Assembly (NCBI GenBank): GCA_038279365.1
Contig: JAYODI010000021.1
Location: 1 to 57,530, forward strand
Reading direction: 5' to 3'
DNA length: 57,530 bases
Origin: Candidatus Latescibacterota bacterium
GTDB taxonomy: Bacteria > Latescibacterota > UBA2968
Made by a program: the position numbers and the translations under genes. The notes below the pieces were generated by a model. The model did no database searches. It was not told the DNA's origin and worked only from the letters and a program-made list of their open reading frames with translations. Every line of letters starts with the position of its first letter. Position 1 is the stretch's first letter. Below are positions 39,169 to 48,946 of the stretch, one piece after another.

Positions 39169-39822
39169 ATGGGTAGCAAAGAACGCAGAGAGCGTGACAG
39201 AGAGCAAATGCGAGAAGATATTCTCGATGCGGCTATTGAACTCTTTCATGAACTCGGCTTTGAAAAAACCACCATTCGGCGTATTGCTGATAAAATTGAA
39301 TACACGCCTGGTAATATTTACGCCTATTTCAAAAACAAAAATGATATCCTTTTTGGCATACATCAACGGGGGTTTAAGCTGCTCTACGACATGGAGATGA
39401 CTGTGGTAGACACACCCGACCCTGGTGAACGCCTCATCAAACTGGGGCAAACATACATTCAATTTGGCCTACAACATCGCCCATATTATGACCTTATGTT
39501 CATCGATAGCAGTGTACAACAAGTTATTCATGAAGATGATAGCTGGAAAGAGGGTCAAAATTCATATGCTGTTTTGCGCGACACAGTTGCCGAATGTATT
39601 CAAACGGGTGTGATGCCTCCAAGCGATGTTGATAGCGTTACTTTTGGGATGTGGGCTTTTGTTCATGGCTTGGTCTCCCTATATGTGCGTGGGCGTTGTG
39701 CCATGATCCCAGATGAATATATGCCACAAGTATTACAAGCTGCTTACACGTATTTCCAAACGGCTTTTTTCCCACACAAAAATATCGACAATATTCTCGA
39801 TTCGGAAGCCTTTGCCGTATAA
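39169..39822 (+). CDS. TetR/AcrR-family transcriptional regulator
   Basis: HTH TTIRRIADKIEYTPGNIYAYFKNK and C-terminal WAFVHGLVSL. Confidence 0.93.
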   Translation: MGSKERRERDREQMREDILDAAIELFHELGFEKTTIRRIADKIEYTPGNIYAYFKNKNDILFGIHQRGFKLLYDMEMTVVDTPDPGERLIKLGQTYIQFGLQHRPYYDLMFIDSSVQQVIHEDDSWKEGQNSYAVLRDTVAECIQTGVMPPSDVDSVTFGMWAFVHGLVSLYVRGRCAMIPDEYMPQVLQAAYTYFQTAFFPHKNIDNILDSEAFAV

Positions 39823-39844
39823 GCTTATATTTTTTTGTTTCATC

Positions 39845-39861
39845 ATTGAACGTTGTTCAAT
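39845..39861. promoter_or_regulatory. Candidate TetR operator 2
   Basis: ATTGAAC-GTT-GTTCAAT, perfect 7-bp arms, upstream of the efflux genes. Confidence 0.7.
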
Positions 39862-39889
39862 AAATATTCAATGTTTAAATGGGATTGTC

Positions 39890-40915
39890 ATGAAACACAT
39901 CTTTTTGCTTTTGGCTCTTTTTGCACTCGTCGCTTGTGGCGAACCTGCTTCGGCCCCAATGCCCAAATTGACACAGGCCATTTCGGTCAAAGTATCTCCT
40001 GTTACACTGCGCCAACACAGGCAACCGATTTTTGCAAGCGGGATTGTGGCATACAAAGAAACCAGCACACTTTCTTTTAAAGTGGGTGGCATTATACAAG
40101 CCATTTATGTGGACGAAGGTGATCGCATTCAAAAAGGGCAAATCATAGCCCAACTTGCCCAAGAAGAAATTATGGCCCGTGTGTTGCAAGCAAAAAGTGC
40201 AAAAGACAAAGCCGAACGCGATCTTCGGCGCATTCAAAAATTGTATTACGACCACGTGGTCACACACGAACAACTGCAAAATGCCACCACAGCTCTTGAT
40301 ATGGCTAAGGCCGAATTAGACATTGCTCAATTTAACCAAAAACACGCCATCATTCGGGCCCCTGTTGCTGGACGTGTCTTGCGTCGTTTTGCCGAACGCA
40401 ATGAACTTGTTTCTTTAGGTGCGCCCATTGTACGTCTGGCTTCTAATGAAAGACACTCGGTTTTACGTGTGGGCATTATAGATCGTGACATCATACATAT
40501 CAACTTGGGTGATACGGCAAGTGTCACTTTTGCACCTTATCCCAATCGCACCTTTAAAGCCGCGGTTTCAGAAATTGCCGAACAGGCCAACCCACAAACT
40601 GGCACCTTTGAAATAGAACTCAGCCTCAAAGAAAGTGATCTTCTCAAATCGGGCTTTGTAGGTCATGCCACCCTGTATCCGTCGGCACAGGTGGCTCATT
40701 ATTGCATTCCCATCGATGCAGTTGTGGAAGCCAACAAATCACAGGCCATGCTTTATATACCCGATGGTTCTGTTGCGCGCAGGCTTATGGTTTACCCCAA
40801 TGCCATCACTGATGATTACATCATTGTTTACCAAACACCCGGCCTTATCCTGACCCAAGTGATCACAGACGGTGCGTCTTACTTGCAAGACCGTTCGCTT
40901 ATTCATATTCAGTAA
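39890..40915 (+). CDS. RND efflux periplasmic adaptor (MFP), lipoprotein
   Basis: Lipobox LVAC. Motifs LSFKVGG.I..IYVDEGDRI and IRAPVAG. Confidence 0.9.
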   Translation: MKHIFLLLALFALVACGEPASAPMPKLTQAISVKVSPVTLRQHRQPIFASGIVAYKETSTLSFKVGGIIQAIYVDEGDRIQKGQIIAQLAQEEIMARVLQAKSAKDKAERDLRRIQKLYYDHVVTHEQLQNATTALDMAKAELDIAQFNQKHAIIRAPVAGRVLRRFAERNELVSLGAPIVRLASNERHSVLRVGIIDRDIIHINLGDTASVTFAPYPNRTFKAAVSEIAEQANPQTGTFEIELSLKESDLLKSGFVGHATLYPSAQVAHYCIPIDAVVEANKSQAMLYIPDGSVARRLMVYPNAITDDYIIVYQTPGLILTQVITDGASYLQDRSLIHIQ

Positions 40916-40937
40916 TCCATTGCAAAAAGAGATCCCT

Positions 40938-43900
40938 ATGAAACTTCCAACGCTTGCCATCAAAAACGACAAATTTGTGATCATCATCGTTTTGCTTTCC
41001 CTACTAACAGGTCTCCTTGCATTTTTTACAATGCCTCGCGCAGAAGATCCTTTAATGGAAGCACCATTTTACACCATTGTTATTGCCTACCCAGGTGTGG
41101 GACCACAAGATATGGAAGAACTGGTTGTTGATCCGCTTGAAGACGAACTGAATGAACTTGATGACATCAAATACATTCGAACAGAGATTAAAGAAGGCCT
41201 TGCTATTATTCGCATTGAAGCCTATTACACGGTTGATATAGATGACAAATATCGTGATGTACTCGCCGCTGTTCATGCGGTGAAACCTGATTTGCCTGAA
41301 GATATCTATCGCATTGATGTCAATCGGTTCAACCCGCTTGACGTGGTCATCTTACAACTGGCTCTTGTCTCAGAAACCGCCTCCTATCGGGCATTAGAAC
41401 ATATGGCAGAAAACATTGAGGATCGCCTCAAAACAATATCGGGTGTGCGTGAAGTGGAAATTCAGGCACTTCCTGAAAAACAGATTCGAATTGCGCTCGA
41501 TATCCAAAAAATGACACATCAAGGCATTGCGCTAAACCAACTGATGCACACGCTCCAAGCCAACAACGCCAATATTCCTGCGGGTGATATCTCTGTGGGT
41601 AATAAATCATACACCCTTAAAACCAGCGGTGGTTATAAGACCCTCGAAGACATTCAAAACACCATTGTGAAATCTGCACAAGGTCACCTTGTTTACCTCA
41701 AAGACATTGCCGATGTCTTTTTTGACACCGAAGACATTCGATATGTTGGTCGCTTTAACGGCCAACGGGCCATTTTTATATCTGTTACTCAAAAAGAAGG
41801 TAAAAACGTTCTCGATATTGACAAAGCCTTGCAAGCAGAACTCAAAAGCATTCAAGAAACGCTATCACCGAATGTTACTTTGCAAACTGCATTTCGCCAA
41901 GGTCCAGCCGTACAAGCGCGCATCAATGATTTTTTCAATAACCTCCTACAAGGTGTATTTTTTGTAGGGGTTGTGATATTTTTATTTTTAGGTGGTCGCT
42001 CGTCACTTATTGTGATGACCGTTATTCCCACCGCCATTCTCATTGCCATTTGGGCACTTGATATCAGTGACTTTGGTCTGCAACAAATTTCTATTGCCGG
42101 CCTGGTTATTGCACTCGGCCTTTTGGTGGACAATGGTATTGTTGTGGTTGAAAATATTAACCGCTATCTGTTAACAGACTCTGAAGATGCGGCCCAACGT
42201 GGCACCTCTGAAGTTGGGTGGGCCATTGTGAGCGCGACAGCAACTACTGTGCTCGCCTTTTTTCCAATGACACAACTGGGTGGTGGCACAGGTGAATATT
42301 TACAAACGCTCCCACTTATTGTCATCTTTAGCCTTATTGCCTCACTCTTTTTGGCCCTCACCTTTACCCCACTGCTTGCTCGCAAATTTCTTAAAGTACC
42401 GACACGCCAGCCTCGCATGGCCATTTGGTTACAAACATTGCGGCAACATATTTATCGCCCCATTTTGACCACATCTCTCAAACGGCCCTTTGTCATTATT
42501 GGGGTGGCTACGGTTTGTTTTGTCGGTGGTCTTGCCCTTTTTCCACTGGTGGGCATCAGCTTTTTCCCAACTGCCGATAAACCCCTCTTGCTTATTGACA
42601 TTGAAACTCCCGAAGGGGCCAATATAGACCACACAGAACAGGTGGCTCACTATGTAGAAAGCTTACTTGACACAACTTCTTTGGTGGTCAGCTACACAAC
42701 CAACATTGGTCATGGGAATCCACAGATTTATTATAACCGCGTGCCCCAAAATTTTATCAAAACCCATGCCCAGATATTGGTCAATCTCAAAGAATGGGAA
42801 CCCCGTTCGTTTTATGCAACCATCAACCAACTGCGTAGCCAATTTCAAAATTACCCGGGTGCAGATATTACGGTTTCGGAACTTAAAAATGGCCCACCTT
42901 ATGAAGCTCCCATTGAAATCAAAATTCTTGGAGACAACCTGGACACACTCAAAGCGGTAGCACGTGATGTTGCTGCACTCTTCTCCGAAACCGAGGGCAC
43001 ACAAAACGTAGACAATCCGCTCGCCATTGACAAAACGGACTTGCGCGTCAATATTAACCGTCAAAAAGCGGGTTTGTTGGGTCTGGCTCTTGCTGATGTT
43101 GACTTAAGTGTGCGTGCAGGTATGAATGGCCATGCGGTTACACGCGCGAGTTTTCACGATGGCGAAAAATATGATCTTGTTGTGCGCCTCCCGATTAATG
43201 ATCGCACCCGTGTTGAAAATTTTGACCATATTAATATCACCAGCCAAATGGGTGCCCATATTCCGTTGCGTCAAATTGCCGATATTCATTTTGAAACAAG
43301 TCCGTCACGTTTGGGGCATTTTAACCTCAAACGCGAAGCCACTGTTACCGCCGATGTAGAAGAAGGTCTGAACACGGCTGACGTGACCTTGCAAATTATA
43401 GATAAACTCAGAGCCTATGACTTTCCCAAGCACTACACATTTTATGTGGGCGGTGAATACGAAACCCAACAAGATTCTTTTGGGAGCATGGGGCAAATCT
43501 TAATCGTTGCTCTTTTGGGAATCTTTGCGGTTCTTGTTTTGCAATTTAAATCTTACAAACAACCTTTTGTCGTTTTCTCGGCCATACCTTTGGCTTTTAC
43601 GGGCTCCATTGTCATGTTGTTTCTAACGGGTTTTTCATTTTCCTTTTTTGCTTTTGTCGGTTTCACCAGTTTGGTTGGGATTGTAATCAACAACGCCATT
43701 ATTTTGGTTGATTATACCAACCAACGCCTTGTGCAAGGTGATGCTCTTAGAAAAGCCATTATGGATGCCTGTGAAACACGCTTTACGCCTATTGTGCTTA
43801 CCACCCTGACGACCATTGTTGGTTTGTTACCTCTTACACTTACAGGCAGTAATTTGTGGGCTCCTTTGGGCTGGACCATTATTGGTGGTATGATATCTTC

Positions 43901-43967
43901 AACGGTCTTGACACTTGTTGTTGTGCCCATTTTGTTGCAATGGTTTACCAACCCCCCAAAAGCCTAA
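40938..43967 (+). CDS. RND efflux permease (AcrB/AcrD/AcrF family)
   Basis: Motifs ALGLLVDNGIVVVEN, GIVINNAIIL and RFTPIVLTTLTT. Confidence 0.95.
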   Translation: MKLPTLAIKNDKFVIIIVLLSLLTGLLAFFTMPRAEDPLMEAPFYTIVIAYPGVGPQDMEELVVDPLEDELNELDDIKYIRTEIKEGLAIIRIEAYYTVDIDDKYRDVLAAVHAVKPDLPEDIYRIDVNRFNPLDVVILQLALVSETASYRALEHMAENIEDRLKTISGVREVEIQALPEKQIRIALDIQKMTHQGIALNQLMHTLQANNANIPAGDISVGNKSYTLKTSGGYKTLEDIQNTIVKSAQGHLVYLKDIADVFFDTEDIRYVGRFNGQRAIFISVTQKEGKNVLDIDKALQAELKSIQETLSPNVTLQTAFRQGPAVQARINDFFNNLLQGVFFVGVVIFLFLGGRSSLIVMTVIPTAILIAIWALDISDFGLQQISIAGLVIALGLLVDNGIVVVENINRYLLTDSEDAAQRGTSEVGWAIVSATATTVLAFFPMTQLGGGTGEYLQTLPLIVIFSLIASLFLALTFTPLLARKFLKVPTRQPRMAIWLQTLRQHIYRPILTTSLKRPFVIIGVATVCFVGGLALFPLVGISFFPTADKPLLLIDIETPEGANIDHTEQVAHYVESLLDTTSLVVSYTTNIGHGNPQIYYNRVPQNFIKTHAQILVNLKEWEPRSFYATINQLRSQFQNYPGADITVSELKNGPPYEAPIEIKILGDNLDTLKAVARDVAALFSETEGTQNVDNPLAIDKTDLRVNINRQKAGLLGLALADVDLSVRAGMNGHAVTRASFHDGEKYDLVVRLPINDRTRVENFDHINITSQMGAHIPLRQIADIHFETSPSRLGHFNLKREATVTADVEEGLNTADVTLQIIDKLRAYDFPKHYTFYVGGEYETQQDSFGSMGQILIVALLGIFAVLVLQFKSYKQPFVVFSAIPLAFTGSIVMLFLTGFSFSFFAFVGFTSLVGIVINNAIILVDYTNQRLVQGDALRKAIMDACETRFTPIVLTTLTTIVGLLPLTLTGSNLWAPLGWTIIGGMISSTVLTLVVVPILLQWFTNPPKA

Positions 43968-44018
43968 AAGATGTAGACCGAAATGGTTTTTAACCCCTTT
44001 ATGTAAAAGGACATTGCA

Positions 44019-45371
44019 ATGCGACTGTACATTTTCGCACTTATCTTTCTTTCACTATCGAGCGTACGTGCCGACCAACTTGATCTCTATGTTCGAGAAG
44101 GTCTTGAAAGCAATTTGGCTCTTCAACAACAAAACATGGCTTTTGAGCAAAGCCTACAAGCTTTGCGTGAGGCTCGTGGTCTTTATTTGCCTTCTATTAG
44201 CCTTGAAGCACGTTATACGCGTGCTGGCGGTGGGCGAGACTTTACTGTGCCTGTTGGCGATTTGGTCAACCCCATCAATCAAACGCTCAATACGTTGCTT
44301 GGTCAAAATGCTTTGCCGACTGACCTTCAAAATGAAACCATTCCATTTTTACGAGAAAAAGAACACGACACACGTTTGCGGCTTAAACAACCTCTTTTTC
44401 AGCCCAATATTTATTTCAACAAAAAAATCAAACAAACCCAAACGGATATTCAAAAGTCCAAACGCGACGCATTTGCGAGAACTTTGGTGCGCGATATCAA
44501 AGTTGCCTATTTTAATCACCTTAAAAGTGTGCAGTTGCTCGAAATTTTATCGGAAACGCAACAGGTGCTCAACGAAAATTTGCGTGTGAGTGAAAAACTT
44601 GTGGAAGCCGAAATGGCCACCCAAGACGTGGTTTATCGTGCGCGTGCTGAATTGGCCGAGCTCAAACAACAACAAACCGAAGCCCAACGCGACAGTGCGG
44701 TGTCTGCCGCCTATTTCAATTTTTTGCTCAACCGTTCACAAGACACAAACATTGTTCGTGATGCATCAAAGCTTACAGATATTTCGCCACCCAACTTAGA
44801 GACGGCGCAACAAAATGCACGTGTGCACCGCGACGAATTTTTACAACTTCAAAATGCGCTTCAAATTGCTACCCAACAAATAGGCCTTTCACGTTCTGCA
44901 CACCTGCCCAATATCAACTTCGTTTACGACTACGGTTTTGAGGGCGAAACATATAACTTTGACGGTAATCACGATTTTTGGATGGCCTCTGTGGTGCTCA
45001 TTTGGAACCTTTTTGATGGTTTTCAAAAACAAGCCCGTACACAACAACAAAAGCTCAACAAGCGCAAAATGGAAACCCAACAAGATGAGTTGGTACAACA
45101 AATAGCACTTCAAGTAAGGCGCGCTTATCACGAATTGAGTGCTGCCATTCAAGCCGAAAAAGCTGCAACCGAACGTGTGGAGAGTGCACAACAATCTTTT
45201 TATATTGTCAACCGCAAATACGAAGAAGGTCTTGCGCCACAAATTGAATTTTTGGATGCTCGAAACACGCGCACACGCGCAGAAATTCAGCATCTGATTA
45301 CCACCTTTACCATTCATATTCGCTTGGCGGAATTGGAACATGCTTCGGCCATGTATGTTTTAGAAAATTAG
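44019..45371 (+). CDS. TolC-family outer-membrane efflux protein
   Basis: Signal peptide. Twin OEP repeats (YLPSISL; HLPNINF...WNLFDG; YEEGL....EFLDA). Confidence 0.9.
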   Translation: MRLYIFALIFLSLSSVRADQLDLYVREGLESNLALQQQNMAFEQSLQALREARGLYLPSISLEARYTRAGGGRDFTVPVGDLVNPINQTLNTLLGQNALPTDLQNETIPFLREKEHDTRLRLKQPLFQPNIYFNKKIKQTQTDIQKSKRDAFARTLVRDIKVAYFNHLKSVQLLEILSETQQVLNENLRVSEKLVEAEMATQDVVYRARAELAELKQQQTEAQRDSAVSAAYFNFLLNRSQDTNIVRDASKLTDISPPNLETAQQNARVHRDEFLQLQNALQIATQQIGLSRSAHLPNINFVYDYGFEGETYNFDGNHDFWMASVVLIWNLFDGFQKQARTQQQKLNKRKMETQQDELVQQIALQVRRAYHELSAAIQAEKAATERVESAQQSFYIVNRKYEEGLAPQIEFLDARNTRTRAEIQHLITTFTIHIRLAELEHASAMYVLEN

Positions 45372-45386
45372 ATGTATTAAAAACAC

Positions 45387-45430
45387 AAAAAATCGCCCCG
45401 AATCTATATTTTCAGGGCGATTTTTATTTT
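45387..45430. terminator. Bidirectional terminator-like hairpin
   Basis: AAAAATCGCCC / GGGCGATTTTT. Confidence 0.7.
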
Positions 45431-45463
45431 GCTATATTTTTGCTTACAAAATCAATTATTTAT

Positions 45464-46120
45464 CTACTCTTTTTTAGAAATTAAATAAACACGCTCATTC
45501 AAATAATCCATCTTGTCTGAAATCCGTTCGCTCTCACCTTTCACATCTTCCTCAAAAAGAAGCTCAATGTCAAACGCTTTTCCAAACAAGGTATGGACTT
45601 CATCATTTGGCACAGAAAAAGGTGGGCCACTGCGCTGATGCTGTGGGTAGTCTATGGTCACCAACAGGGTTTGTGTGTTTACTGGTAAAATAGCGTGTAA
45701 ATGATTGGCATAATTATGACGCATGTCGGGTGGTAAAGCAATGAGTGCTGCCCGATCGTAAACGGCCTGAACGCCTTCTAAATCACGCGCCGACAGCGCA
45801 AAGACATCACCACAAAAAATGGTCATGCCCTCCCCCACCCACCGTTCAAATGGGCCATGGTTAGATTGTGAGGCAGGTAAATTGTTTTGAGCAAAAAAAT
45901 CGCGTACAGCAATGGGGCTTAACTCTGCACCTATCACTTCATAGCCTTGCTCGCGCAACCAAAGCATATCCTTGCTTTTGCCACACAATGGCACAAACAC
46001 TTTGGCATTTTTCGTTAAATTTAAGTGCTCCCAATATTGCACCAAATATCTGTTTGTTTCACTTTGGTGAAACCCTGTGCGCCCACTTTCCCACCGTTCG
46101 TGCCAAAAGGCTGCCTTCAA
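45464..46120 (-). CDS. tpm: Thiopurine S-methyltransferase (bacterial TPMT)
   Basis: Motifs FWHERW, VFVPLCGKS.DM, YDRAALIALP and GPPFSV. The TTG start overlaps the upstream TGA (TTGA). Confidence 0.9.
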   Translation of the reverse strand: MKAAFWHERWESGRTGFHQSETNRYLVQYWEHLNLTKNAKVFVPLCGKSKDMLWLREQGYEVIGAELSPIAVRDFFAQNNLPASQSNHGPFERWVGEGMTIFCGDVFALSARDLEGVQAVYDRAALIALPPDMRHNYANHLHAILPVNTQTLLVTIDYPQHQRSGPPFSVPNDEVHTLFGKAFDIELLFEEDVKGESERISDKMDYLNERVYLISKKE

Positions 46121-46881
46121 GACTGTGCCCCTTTCCATCGATCCATAGAACCCAAACTATAAATATCACTTAGCCCATGACGTTTCAACTGATTGATTGC
46201 ACTTTGGCACCGCGTGCCACTTTGGCAATACATTAACGTAGGTTTTTCTCGAAAAGTTTCGATGTGTTGCACCACTTCATCTAATGGAATATTAATTGCG
46301 TTGGGTAAATGACCTTGTGCAAACTCTTGTGCACTACGTACATCAATCAAAAGCGCGCCGTTATCCAACAATTGTTGAGCCTTTTCTATTGGAATTAATG
46401 GGTCCCACTTCCCCACCACCTTCATTGCCATTTCATAAAGCCAAGCCGCCACACAGAAATGGGTGCTGATCACAATCAATTGCAACGGCACCAGAATGGC
46501 ACCAAACACATACGCAGCCACAGGCATATGGTACAAAAACCCAAATCCAATGCCCACATTCATCACACCACCAATCATACATGCAATACGTCTGGGCAAT
46601 GGATTGGGAGGCAATTTAACACCCTTTACAAGAGGGCGAAGCACAAGGTTATAAAACCGATCCATAGGATGCCAGGCCGGAAACCAAAACGGCAAAATCC
46701 CCACAAGCGCCATAATAAAGTGAATCGTTGGCGATTGCATATAAAGCCCATAAGCCGCGCCAGCCATACAAGCCAGTGGTGTAAACCGAAGGCCCCACTC
46801 TAATTTGCGCAACTCTGCCTTGGTATATATATACCCTTGTTGTGTTAGCGAACGCTCTTGAAAACTCAGTGTTTCTGCCAT
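46117..46881 (-). CDS. DUF4395-like membrane domain fused to a catalytic rhodanese domain
   Basis: N-terminal TM region with P.PRRIAC.IG and HFCVA. C-terminal LIDVRS..EF..GHLP.AINIP and YCQSGTR. Confidence 0.78.
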   Translation of the reverse strand: MAETLSFQERSLTQQGYIYTKAELRKLEWGLRFTPLACMAGAAYGLYMQSPTIHFIMALVGILPFWFPAWHPMDRFYNLVLRPLVKGVKLPPNPLPRRIACMIGGVMNVGIGFGFLYHMPVAAYVFGAILVPLQLIVISTHFCVAAWLYEMAMKVVGKWDPLIPIEKAQQLLDNGALLIDVRSAQEFAQGHLPNAINIPLDEVVQHIETFREKPTLMYCQSGTRCQSAINQLKRHGLSDIYSLGSMDRWKGAQS

Positions 46882-46967
46882 AAAATTCCCTATTTGATCT
46901 CGCCATTGGGTTGTCAATGGAGAAAATAAAACCATTTCCTCTCAAAACGGCAAGCCCTCTTCTTCAT

Positions 46968-47798
46968 TTATGGATGCATCTTGCTCAAAACAAAATCTCG
47001 GCACATCGGCACTTGAGACTCATCTAACCCATGTAACACCATAGGCCCATCAAACCCAATCTTATCCAGCAAATTCATATAATATTCATAATCCAACACA
47101 CCCGTTCCTGCGGCCAACTTGCCCGCCTCACCATCATGGTCCAGATCCTTGGCGTGGGCGTGCACAATGTCTTCAGCCAATAAATCAAATGCCTCGTCCA
47201 GCATATCGTGCATCTTGGCCAATTCACCTTTGTGATAAATATTGGCCCCATCAATGACCACCTTAATTCGGTCAGAGCCCACTTCGTCAATCACCCGACG
47301 CGCCTTCTTCGCCGAATCGACCGTATTGGCCACCTCAGGTTCAAAGGCCATGACGACGTTGTTCGCTTCGGCAATCTCTGCTGCTTGACTCATCGACACC
47401 ACCAAATCGCGCCACGCTTCGGGTGTGTTGTTATCAGGATGTGGTCGCCACATCCACTCGGTATTTCGCGTGCCAGTGCACAACGTAATAATCGACGCGC
47501 CCATCCGTTCACACGCCCCCGCCAAAACAGCCAGCCGTCGCAATCCATCTTCGCGCACCGCCACATCGGGGTGAATCATATTAAATGTGCCAGAAACCGC
47601 CCCAATCGCGATTCCTCGGCTTTTGTGCGCAACACGAATGTGATCACACAAATCCTCAGGAATCACCTCTGGCAATTGTTCTAACCCAGCACACTGCATA
47701 TGAAACTGCACGCACGTTAACCCCGCATTGCGTACAGCATCTACTTTTTCTTCTACCGAATCCCGTTCAAAAACTGTCGAAAAAATCCCAAGTTGCAT
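46968..47798 (-). CDS. Sugar phosphate isomerase/epimerase (xylose-isomerase-like TIM barrel)
   Basis: Motifs AFEPE, IDGAN, HAHAKD and GTGVLDY. Confidence 0.85.
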   Translation of the reverse strand: MQLGIFSTVFERDSVEEKVDAVRNAGLTCVQFHMQCAGLEQLPEVIPEDLCDHIRVAHKSRGIAIGAVSGTFNMIHPDVAVREDGLRRLAVLAGACERMGASIITLCTGTRNTEWMWRPHPDNNTPEAWRDLVVSMSQAAEIAEANNVVMAFEPEVANTVDSAKKARRVIDEVGSDRIKVVIDGANIYHKGELAKMHDMLDEAFDLLAEDIVHAHAKDLDHDGEAGKLAAGTGVLDYEYYMNLLDKIGFDGPMVLHGLDESQVPMCRDFVLSKMHP

Positions 47799-47860
47799 AA
47801 TCACTCCATAAAAAACGTCACAAGTCAAAATCTAAAAGCAGGCGACCATCGACTTTCGAT

Positions 47861-48832
47861 TTACAACCCCGGATACCACGTCTTTGCATTTGTGAAATAA
47901 AACTGCTCCAAAGTATCTTCCGGCAAATTCAAACCCCTGTTCTCTTTTCCGCGCACATTCACCACCTTGCCCGACTCGTAATAGGCAAATTCCATATTCA
48001 ACCGATCTTCATACACCTTAATCTGTTTCTGGCGTTCTTCTGCAGACAATTCAGATGCCATATCGCGTTGCACAATATCCGTCCCAAACAAGAGTCGATC
48101 CGAATACGCCAAGAAAAAGTCGCGCACCGTATCTGAGTCTTGATACGCCAAATCGGCCACTCGCGCCGACGAATCCACTGCAAAATTGGGAAAACGATCC
48201 AGTCGCTTCGCAATTTCTGCCACATCAAATTCCAAACTCGCCAGATGCGCCCCCACAATGCGTAACTTCGGGTGCTTTTCCACCATTCGATCACGCGCCG
48301 CCATAATCGTTCCGTGCGACGGATATTCAGGCCTATTATACATATGCCACTGCGGATTCTTCGAATAATATCCGTAGTGTGGATTATCATTTACCAAAGG
48401 TCGCCAACACGCCAATGGCTCGCCAATGTGCATCAACAGCGTGCGATCTTCTCGCGTTAAAAACTCCCAAATGGGATCAAACAACGGGTCATCCACCATC
48501 ACAAATTCACCCGCAGGGTTCTTCACTTCCATGCCCACATTCTTCCAAACCTTACACGCAATCGCACCCGCATCAAAATCTTTCAGCAACCCTTCAATCA
48601 CCCGGTCTGCATAATCGTCACTAAAATCGGGCAAGTCAAAACTTGTGATCCACGCAAAGCGTTCTGGAAAACGCGTTTGCAAATTCTGATAATAATCGGC
48701 CTGTGTGCGCCAGGCGCCTGCCGTATCTTGCGACACACAAATATTCAACAGCTTGATATCCATCCGTTCCAACAGCGCAATATTATCGGCATGATCGCCG
48801 TGATAATGTAAATGTGCATCAATTTTGGGCAT
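47861..48832 (-). CDS. Amidohydrolase_2-family protein
   Basis: Motifs IDAHLH, LMHIG, VGAHLA and RLLFGTD. AAGGAG RBS. Confidence 0.85.
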   Translation of the reverse strand: MPKIDAHLHYHGDHADNIALLERMDIKLLNICVSQDTAGAWRTQADYYQNLQTRFPERFAWITSFDLPDFSDDYADRVIEGLLKDFDAGAIACKVWKNVGMEVKNPAGEFVMVDDPLFDPIWEFLTREDRTLLMHIGEPLACWRPLVNDNPHYGYYSKNPQWHMYNRPEYPSHGTIMAARDRMVEKHPKLRIVGAHLASLEFDVAEIAKRLDRFPNFAVDSSARVADLAYQDSDTVRDFFLAYSDRLLFGTDIVQRDMASELSAEERQKQIKVYEDRLNMEFAYYESGKVVNVRGKENRGLNLPEDTLEQFYFTNAKTWYPGL

Positions 48833-48946
48833 GGTCTCTCCTTGCAATGGACATTTTAGGTAACAAATCCAATACAAATAAAATAGGGTCAGTGATAACT
48901 CCTGACCCCATAATAATGCCAAATATTCTTTTTTACAACACCCACG

